In this document: in pieces, positions 43,682 to 50,890 of the stretch
Layout: every line of letters starts with the position of its first letter
Numbering within the stretch: the first letter of the stretch is position 1
IMG/VR virus record: IMGVR_UViG_3300037584_001746
Coordinates: 1-50,890 of that record
From: a virus
Taxonomy: Duplodnaviria > Caudoviricetes
Strand: one strand, 5' to 3'
DNA: 50,890 nt
Made by a program: the position numbers and the translations under genes
The notes under the pieces: model-generated
What the model was told of the DNA's origin: nothing
Databases searched by the model: none
What the model saw: only the letters and a program-made list of their open reading frames with translations

Positions 43682-46561
43682 ATGGGCTTCTTTAAGTCAT
43701 TTTTCAAAGCACTGACAAACCCAGCAACCTTGATCGCCGCTGTTACGATGGCGATTTTTGCCCCTGTTGCATTTGTTGGCGGTACGTTTCTAGCGTCAGT
43801 TGCGGTTTATGCCGCCGCTAATGCCGCATTATCAGCGTTATCACCAAAGCCGCAGATGCCAGATATGTCTGGTTATGGCGCATTCGTTGGAGAAGCAAGT
43901 AACAGAACCCAGATGATAAAACAACCAGCGCAACCGCGCAGGGTGGTCTATGGGCAAATAAGGGTATCAGGAGTTCTTAGTTACATAAACACAACCAATG
44001 ATGACAAAACCCTTCACATGATTATATCAATGGCTACGCATGAGATTGATAGTTTTGTTAATTTTCAAATAGATGGAGACGTAGTTGGTACGCAAAGAAT
44101 AGGAAGCAATGGTGAATCAGTTACCTCTCCATCAAGGTTTTTAGATGGAAGCACTAGGCTTGTAGAAATTAGGAAACATACTGGCGCGGATAATCAGATT
44201 GCAGATACTATTTTAACACAAAGGGTGTCAGAATGGACAACAGATCATAGGTTGCGTGGCATAGCATATATCTATGCTCAACTTGAGTTCAACCAAGATG
44301 CGTTTCCTCAGGGCTTGCCAAATATTTCAGCAACTATAAAAGGCGCAAAAGTTTTTGATCCTAGAGATAGCTCAACATCGTTTTCTGATAACGCCGCGCT
44401 TTGCATTAGGGATTTTCTAACCAACACCAGATATGGGCTAGGGTGTAGCGCAGGTGAAATAGACGACACATCATTTATTGCGGCGGCAAATACCTGTGAT
44501 GAGAATATAACCCTTGCGGCGGGTGGCCCAACAACTGGGACAGAAAAGCGATACACTTGCAACGGATCATTTGAAACCAACAAATCACCAAAGCAGATAT
44601 TAGAAGATATGCTTTCAAGCTGTGCGGGTATTCTTACCTATACGAATGGCAAATTTAGACTTTTAGTAGGAGAGTTTAGAAGCGCGTCTCTGAGTTTGGA
44701 TGAGAACGATTTTCATGGCCCTGTTACCATTGATGTTAAACAAAGCATGGGCGAAAGTTATAACACTGTTAAGGGTGTTTATTCTCCAGAGTCCAACGGA
44801 TATGTCCCTACTGACTATCCGCCTATAACATCAAGCACTTTCGTTACGGAGGACAATGGGGAAACCAGAATATTTGATTATGATTTGCCATTTACGACAA
44901 GCTCCGCAACGGCTCAAAGGCTTGCAAAAATAGCTTTGTTTAGAAACAGGCAACAGGTCGTTTTGCAGGGTCAGCTTTCAATGAAAGGCTTTAATCTAGC
45001 GATTGGGGATTCAGTTCAAGTTACATTTGACCGCTTTGGATTTACCAATAAAATATTTGAGGTTGCGGAATGGAATATTGCCGTGGTTGGCGGTCAAGAC
45101 CTTGGCGTTGATGTCACGCTCAGAGAAACAGCATCAGGCGTTTATGATTGGAACGCGGATGAGACATATTTCAATGAAGATAATTCCACTCTTCCAAATC
45201 CATTCACAATACCCGCCCCCAACTTGGTTACATCAGATTTTGTTCAGACCTTACAGCAGGGTGCGATAACCACACTTAGAGCAACGGTCACATCAACAAG
45301 CACATATGCAAATCAGTTTGAGGTTCAAGCCAAACTCACGACCGATACGCAATACATTTCAATGGGTACACAGGCGGCCAATATTTTTGATTTGGTTAAT
45401 GTGGCTTCTGGGGTTACGTTTGATGTAAGAGCAAGGGCAATAAGTAGCTTCGGCATCAGATCAGCATTTACAACAGTTCAACACACAATCACAGGCAAGG
45501 GAACGAGCCAGCCATCTAGTGTCAGTGATTTCACTCTGGATTATCTTGGCAGTAATGCGTTGCTTACATGGACACCAGTAACAGACCAAGATTTGAGCCA
45601 TTACGTTATTCGCCACCAGAACGTCACTAGCGGCGGTGACTTCTCAAGTGGTATTACCCTAGCTCAAAAGGTATCAAGGCCAGCTAATAGCGTTATAGTG
45701 CCAGCCCTAGAGGGTACTTATTTCTGTGTCGCGGTTGATAAGTATGGCAATAATTCGGCTACAGCCGCGCAGACCATTGGTATTATAGACCAATCACCCG
45801 TCTCAACTGGATTCAAGGTGGTTCAGACCAACACTCAAAGTCCTGATTTTAATGGCGTAAAAACAAATGTAATCAAGCCATCAGATGAGGATGTTCTGGT
45901 TCTGGAAACAACCATTTTGTTTGATAGCGGCACAGGCTTGTTTGATGATGCAGAAGGATTGTTTGACGGTGGTGTGGACGGTGTGGTTGCAACATCTGGG
46001 AACTATGATTTTGATAGTGTTGTAGATTTAACAACAAAACAAACCGCAAGAATCACATTTAACATTACGCAAACTCGTCGCCAATATGATGTTATAAAAC
46101 CTTCGTCACAAGGCACAACAGATTGTGAACTGTTGATTGCAACAACAGATGATGACCCCACAAGCCCATCTGCTTCCTTTACGGCATTTTCAAGAGTTGT
46201 GGCTGGTGATTATTCATGTAGAGGAATGAAGTTTAGATTGCGCTTAACTACAATAGATATTGATGACACCCCTGTTGTTTCAGCATTAAGTGTGAGCCTT
46301 TTGGTTGGGCCAAGGCAAGAATCACAAGGCAACGTATCAAGCGGAACGTCTGCTAGCGGCAAAACCATAACATTTGCTAATGGGTTTGCATCTATTGATG
46401 GTATAAGCATTGCGGGTCAAAATATGAACTCTGGAGAGTTTTATCAAATTACTAATAAAACCACATCAGGGTTTACAATTATATTCAAAGAATCAAATGG
46501 AAATGTTGTAGATAGAACATTTGATTTCACAGCTAACGGTCATGGCAAAATTTCGGTATAG
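43682..46561 (+). CDS. Tail tip/central fibre protein (lambda J-like, FN3 domains)
   Basis: PRRVVYG...LRGIAY...NAALCIRDFL...RYTCNG...AQRLAKI...VRARAI. Confidence 0.85.
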   Translation: MGFFKSFFKALTNPATLIAAVTMAIFAPVAFVGGTFLASVAVYAAANAALSALSPKPQMPDMSGYGAFVGEASNRTQMIKQPAQPRRVVYGQIRVSGVLSYINTTNDDKTLHMIISMATHEIDSFVNFQIDGDVVGTQRIGSNGESVTSPSRFLDGSTRLVEIRKHTGADNQIADTILTQRVSEWTTDHRLRGIAYIYAQLEFNQDAFPQGLPNISATIKGAKVFDPRDSSTSFSDNAALCIRDFLTNTRYGLGCSAGEIDDTSFIAAANTCDENITLAAGGPTTGTEKRYTCNGSFETNKSPKQILEDMLSSCAGILTYTNGKFRLLVGEFRSASLSLDENDFHGPVTIDVKQSMGESYNTVKGVYSPESNGYVPTDYPPITSSTFVTEDNGETRIFDYDLPFTTSSATAQRLAKIALFRNRQQVVLQGQLSMKGFNLAIGDSVQVTFDRFGFTNKIFEVAEWNIAVVGGQDLGVDVTLRETASGVYDWNADETYFNEDNSTLPNPFTIPAPNLVTSDFVQTLQQGAITTLRATVTSTSTYANQFEVQAKLTTDTQYISMGTQAANIFDLVNVASGVTFDVRARAISSFGIRSAFTTVQHTITGKGTSQPSSVSDFTLDYLGSNALLTWTPVTDQDLSHYVIRHQNVTSGGDFSSGITLAQKVSRPANSVIVPALEGTYFCVAVDKYGNNSATAAQTIGIIDQSPVSTGFKVVQTNTQSPDFNGVKTNVIKPSDEDVLVLETTILFDSGTGLFDDAEGLFDGGVDGVVATSGNYDFDSVVDLTTKQTARITFNITQTRRQYDVIKPSSQGTTDCELLIATTDDDPTSPSASFTAFSRVVAGDYSCRGMKFRLRLTTIDIDDTPVVSALSVSLLVGPRQESQGNVSSGTSASGKTITFANGFASIDGISIAGQNMNSGEFYQITNKTTSGFTIIFKESNGNVVDRTFDFTANGHGKISV

Positions 46562-46570
46562 GAGAAACAA

Positions 46571-46855
46571 ATGGCACAACATGATTATAATATCGCAAAC
46601 CAGACATTCCCAGCAACCAGAACGGATATAAACAATGCTCTTTCGGCGGTTGCAACAAACAACTCTGGGTCATCCGCCCCATCAACTAACTTTGCTAATC
46701 AGTTGTTCTATGATACAACTAATGACAAGTTGAAGATCAGGGATTCCGCAAACGGTCAACATATTGATTTGTTTACCTTCAACCAAAGTACCAAAACAGT
46801 GACAGCCGTTGCTGGCGCAGAAGACCCGACAGCTATAGCCATAGCATTAGGCTAA
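46571..46855 (+). CDS. Short tail-fibre-related structural protein
   Basis: MAQHDYNIANQ...DINNAL...AIAIALG. Confidence 0.7.
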   Translation: MAQHDYNIANQTFPATRTDINNALSAVATNNSGSSAPSTNFANQLFYDTTNDKLKIRDSANGQHIDLFTFNQSTKTVTAVAGAEDPTAIAIALG

Positions 46856-46867
46856 GAGGAGTAAAAA

Positions 46868-47332
46868 ATGGCAAATGATGGAATTGTAAGCGGTTCAGTC
46901 ACTGTTCTACCAGATGAGATTTCAAAAGCGTTCACCTTGACAATGACAGTCACACCCGCTGATGCCAGTGAAAAATGGTATTACAAAAAAACGGAAATAC
47001 AAACAACATCAGCAGATTTGATTGCTGGTAGTTTTATAAGTCAAACCGCAACAGACCAAGATACCGCGCCAGCCGCAGTAAGCACATCTGATCAGGTGAA
47101 ATTTTTGTTTATACAAAATGAAAGCACCGCAGATGGCATTATGATTTGCCTTGATGGTGGCACAGCCGCCCATGATCTTGTGGATGGTATATTTATTGGT
47201 CCTAGCCAAACGCTCACGATTAGATGCCCAAACACGACTGTGGGAAACCTTCATGCCATTTCAGCGGATGATGGTAGCGTTGGGGATGCGGCAGTAACAG
47301 CGGTGGTTTGTGCTTTAATACATGATGTCTAG
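46868..47332 (+). CDS. Putative virion structural protein
   Basis: 154 aa, beta-rich, tail module, GAGGAG RBS. Confidence 0.65.
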   Translation: MANDGIVSGSVTVLPDEISKAFTLTMTVTPADASEKWYYKKTEIQTTSADLIAGSFISQTATDQDTAPAAVSTSDQVKFLFIQNESTADGIMICLDGGTAAHDLVDGIFIGPSQTLTIRCPNTTVGNLHAISADDGSVGDAAVTAVVCALIHDV

Positions 47333-47342
47333 GGGGTAGCTC

Positions 47343-47669
47343 ATGGCAAACAATTTTGACAGGGCTATTCTTGATGGGACAAACCTAGCGGCAGACACCT
47401 TGCGGTCGCTGTATACTTGTCCGACAAGCGCGACAACAAAAACTGTTGGCATTGGTTTAATCTTTTCAAATGTTGGCTCATCACAAATACTGGTGAGCCT
47501 TTCTACCAACGGCGTAGAGACAATGAAAAATGTTCCAGTGCCATCAGGTTCATCACTTGAATATTTTGGCGGCAACAAAATAGTTATGAAAAGCGGTGAT
47601 ACCATATCGGTGAAAGCTGATACCGCCAACTCTCTCAATGTTTATTTCAGTTACATGGAGATAACCTAA
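47343..47669 (+). CDS. Putative tail structural protein
   Basis: MANNF...YTCP...VPSGSSL...KIVM..GD...SYMEIT. Confidence 0.7.
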   Translation: MANNFDRAILDGTNLAADTLRSLYTCPTSATTKTVGIGLIFSNVGSSQILVSLSTNGVETMKNVPVPSGSSLEYFGGNKIVMKSGDTISVKADTANSLNVYFSYMEIT

Positions 47670-48301
47670 TGCCGTATCTGGGTAATGAGCCAGCCGTTGC
47701 GTACACAACCGTCAGTTATCAAGACCTAACAGGCGGTAGTGGAACCAGCTTTACGCTTGATCATCCAGTGGCAAATTCTAATGAGATAGAGGTTTTTGTA
47801 AATAACGTGAGGCAAGAGCCATCAGTCGCATATAATGCCATCGGCACATCAATGACAATGACAGGCAGTGTAACGGCCACAGATGATTTCTATGTGGTAT
47901 TCCAAGGCAAGGCTCAACAGACAATCGTGCCAGCTTTGGATTCAAACCTCAGTGTGGCAAGGCTGACGTTATCTAAATCAGTGCAAGGCACAACGCAGAC
48001 CGCATCAATAAGCGGTAGCACAACACTTGATTTCGATTCATTCCAAAATTTTGTGCTTACGTTTACGGACAACGTAACATTCGCAAATCCAACCACAGAG
48101 GCTATCGGCCAATCAGGGTTTCTTACAATCATACAAGATGGCACAGGTTCACGGACGCTTTCTTTAGGAACTGATTATGAAACTCCAGCATCAGGAGGCA
48201 TAACCCTTTCAACCGCCGCCAACGCTAGGGATTTGGTTCCATACGCTGTTTCAGCAACAGGAAGTATCTTGCTGGGTTCGCCATTGTTAGCTTTTGGGTG
48301 A
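47669..48301 (+). CDS. Tail fibre-related protein
   Basis: MPYLGNEP...VFVNNVRQEP...GQSG..IIQDGTGSRT. Confidence 0.7.
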   Translation: MPYLGNEPAVAYTTVSYQDLTGGSGTSFTLDHPVANSNEIEVFVNNVRQEPSVAYNAIGTSMTMTGSVTATDDFYVVFQGKAQQTIVPALDSNLSVARLTLSKSVQGTTQTASISGSTTLDFDSFQNFVLTFTDNVTFANPTTEAIGQSGFLTIIQDGTGSRTLSLGTDYETPASGGITLSTAANARDLVPYAVSATGSILLGSPLLAFG

Positions 48302-48307
48302 TAGATA

Positions 48308-50890
48308 ATGTCAGGCGCATACGGCTCAAGCCATTGGTTATACGATGCTGATGTATATCAGACAGGGCAAAGCCTGAAATTTAACGATGATGATAGTTCA
48401 TTTTTATCCAGAACCCCCACAACGGCTGGCAACAGGGATAAGTGGACTTGGAGTGCTTGGGTTAAACTTTCTACAATCCAATCGCAGTTTTTGTTTTCAG
48501 CTTATTCAGCTTCCAGTGATGCGGGGTTTTTCGGAATTGCGTTTATTTCAACAGGCGCGATAAGGGTGCAAGGTTGGAATACCGTTTATCGGCAAACTAA
48601 CGCTTTATTTAGGGATTCATCAGCGTGGTATAATATACTTTTGTCTGTAGATACCGCTAATGGAACGGCGGATGATAGAATAAAACTATTTGTTAACGGT
48701 TCACAAATCACATCATTCGCCACTAATAATTCCTACACACAAAATGATGATACTCAAATAAACAACACATCATTGCATTATATTGGTCGTTATCATAGTG
48801 GTGAGTATTTTGATGGCTACATGGCAGATGTACATTTCATTGATGGGCAAGCCCTTGACCCCACATCATTTATCAAAACAGAAAACAACCAGCTACAGCC
48901 TAAAGAGTATCTTGGAAGTTATGGCACAAACGGCTTCAGATTAAATTTTCAGGATGACATTATTTCTGAGGGATTCAATGTTGTTACCTACAAAGGCAAC
49001 GGTTCGTCGGATGGTCAAAGTATAAGCGGGTTAGGGCTGAGTCCTGATTTAGTCTGGCTAAAAGAACGTACAAGCACTTCCGCACAGATTTTAGTCAACA
49101 CACTCAGGGGTGCAAATATCACTCTTGAATCTAATAATAATAATGCTGAGTTTACACCAAGCAGTGTTGGCTTGGAGTCATTTGATCCTGATGGTTTTAC
49201 AATTGGTTCAGCTAATGGTGCGTATAACTCTGGATCAGATACTTATGTGGCGTGGTGTTGGGACGCTGGAAGCACTGATAGCAAAACTTACACTGTCAAA
49301 GTAGTTTCTGATGGGGGAAACAAATATAGGTTTGATGACTATGGAACATCTGCTGTTACGCTAGATTTAGCAGAGGGTGGCTCGTATGTATTTGATCAAT
49401 CAGATAGTTCAAATGATGGACACCCAATGAAGTTTTCCACAACGTCAAATGGCTCTCACGGTGGCGGCTCTACATATAGCACAGGCGTTACTTATGAGTT
49501 GGATGGCGTTACTAAAACAGAATCTGATTATGTATCCGAGTTTAACTCCGCTACAACAAGGCAGTTAAAGATTACAGTCGCGGCTTCTGCACCAACTCTT
49601 TATTACTGGTGTCATTATCACTCTGGCATGGGCGGTGCGATAAACACAAACGCCACAAAAGGTTCCAGTAATTTTGATGGAGCGATACAATCCGTTGTTA
49701 AGGCTAACACTACTAAGGGTTTTGCAATAGGTACTTTCACAAAGGGTTCTGGCACGCAGACAATTGGGCATGGGCTTGGGGCGGCTCCTGATTGGCTGGC
49801 GGTAAAGCGTACAAATGGAACAGGAAGTTGGTTCATTTATCATTCTGCAAATACTGCGAATCCTGAAACAGATTATTTGCGATTTAATAGCAGTAATGCT
49901 ACTGCTGATGATGCAACTGTATGGGGAGACACCGCGCCGACAAGCTCAGTGTTTAGTGTTTCAACTGCATTTAACTCTGGCGAAGAGTTGCTATTTTATG
50001 CGTGGACTGAGATTTCTTCTTACAGTAAATTTTCTTCATACACAGGAAATGGATCGGCATCTGGCCCTAGTGAAACCTTAGGATTTGCTCCCGCATACTT
50101 GATGATAAAGAGAACAGATAGTGGTAATAATTGGGTTATATTAGACACCACTAGAGACGCAGATGGGCAGCTTACAAAATTCTTAGCGGCTGATGCTAAC
50201 CAAGCGGAAAGTGATAGCGCACAAGTAAAAACACAAGTTGATGCTGATGGTTTCACAATTAAATCAGCATTTGATATTGTCAATGCAAACGGCGGCACAT
50301 ACATTTACATGGCTTTTGCTGACACCAGAGAAGCCGCATTTTTTAAAGATGTATCTGGAAACAATAACAATTTTACGCCAAATAATTTAGACTATCGTGA
50401 TAGCATGATAGATACGCCGTTGACTAATTTTTGTACTTTTAATCCAGCCGCAATTGATAGTTCAGTTGGAGTAACACTTTCAGAGGGCAATTTAGGTGTC
50501 AAACCTGATTCTTCTGGTGGGTTTGAGGGTGCTGTAGCATCTTTCACACTACCAAGAACAGGAAAATGGTATTGGGAATATCGCACTGGTCAAGGTGGGA
50601 GTAGTATATACGGCAGACCTTCAATTATTACAGCAGACGAATACATGACCCAAACTAGCAATTCTGGTGAAATCTCAGGCGGTAGTGCAGCTTCAAACCC
50701 TAATGGGGTTTTGTTTACTGCGAATGATGGCGGCAAACGCATAGGGGATTCGGATACTTCTTTTGGAAGTGCAGTATCAGCAGGGGACATTATCGGCAAT
50801 GCGTATAATGCAGACACAGGACAATGGTTTATATATATAAACAATAGTATTCAAGCGTCAGGCGCAGCAATTAGTGAAAGCATAAAAGGA
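48308..50890 (+). CDS. Second large tail fibre/receptor-binding protein, 3'-truncated; not in ORF track
   Basis: Starts MSGAYGSSHWLY...QSLKFND...WTWSAWVK; frame consistent at every point checked up to the window end (861 codons); paralog of 108-3953. Confidence 0.85.
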   Translation, partial: MSGAYGSSHWLYDADVYQTGQSLKFNDDDSSFLSRTPTTAGNRDKWTWSAWVKLSTIQSQFLFSAYSASSDAGFFGIAFISTGAIRVQGWNTVYRQTNALFRDSSAWYNILLSVDTANGTADDRIKLFVNGSQITSFATNNSYTQNDDTQINNTSLHYIGRYHSGEYFDGYMADVHFIDGQALDPTSFIKTENNQLQPKEYLGSYGTNGFRLNFQDDIISEGFNVVTYKGNGSSDGQSISGLGLSPDLVWLKERTSTSAQILVNTLRGANITLESNNNNAEFTPSSVGLESFDPDGFTIGSANGAYNSGSDTYVAWCWDAGSTDSKTYTVKVVSDGGNKYRFDDYGTSAVTLDLAEGGSYVFDQSDSSNDGHPMKFSTTSNGSHGGGSTYSTGVTYELDGVTKTESDYVSEFNSATTRQLKITVAASAPTLYYWCHYHSGMGGAINTNATKGSSNFDGAIQSVVKANTTKGFAIGTFTKGSGTQTIGHGLGAAPDWLAVKRTNGTGSWFIYHSANTANPETDYLRFNSSNATADDATVWGDTAPTSSVFSVSTAFNSGEELLFYAWTEISSYSKFSSYTGNGSASGPSETLGFAPAYLMIKRTDSGNNWVILDTTRDADGQLTKFLAADANQAESDSAQVKTQVDADGFTIKSAFDIVNANGGTYIYMAFADTREAAFFKDVSGNNNNFTPNNLDYRDSMIDTPLTNFCTFNPAAIDSSVGVTLSEGNLGVKPDSSGGFEGAVASFTLPRTGKWYWEYRTGQGGSSIYGRPSIITADEYMTQTSNSGEISGGSAASNPNGVLFTANDGGKRIGDSDTSFGSAVSAGDIIGNAYNADTGQWFIYINNSIQASGAAISESIKG
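50429..50890 (+). repeat. Near-identical copy of 1944-2405
   Basis: Colinear at offset 48485; last 127 bp identical to 2279-2405. Confidence 0.9.

Noticed and set aside
50764-50890. Terminal direct repeat proving circularity
   Set aside because: The match is to internal 2279-2405, not to the window start
1-50890. Apparent excess of GCGGC/GCCGC and scarcity of CCGG/CCWGG (restriction avoidance)
   Set aside because: Impression only; needs k-mer observed/expected counts that I cannot run
1-50890. Alternative genetic code
   Set aside because: Genes are full length under the standard code and use TAA, TAG and TGA as stops

Overview
Near-complete, circularly permuted genome of a tailed dsDNA phage (siphovirus-type: HK97-fold head, GTA/TP901-1-like neck and tail, 768-aa tape measure), probably marine and probably infecting an Alphaproteobacterium (host is inference only). 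Order: tail fibres with chaperones (1-8128), neck and tail (8138-14111), lysis and small membrane genes (14111-17068), leftward early/recombination genes (17030-23404), regulation and replication (23512-30700), ParB/glycosyltransferase/terminase/portal/MuF (30890-38654), an inverted early-type island (38656-40050), then protease, capsid, tail tip and fibres (40147-end). I recognise no integrase, CI-type repressor, DNA polymerase, tRNA, CRISPR array or reverse transcriptase. Best novelty candidate: an unannotated ~90-nt structured RNA at ~30738-30829 with its own sigma70-like promoter and intrinsic terminator. It carries two seeds (GCCUCCGUGGU, UUGGUCGCCUA) complementary to extended ribosome-binding motifs (ACGGAG(G), AGGCGACCA) in front of 16 early/replication genes on both strands, suggesting a trans-acting sRNA that controls a whole regulon. 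All product calls come from motif recognition by eye, not database searches.
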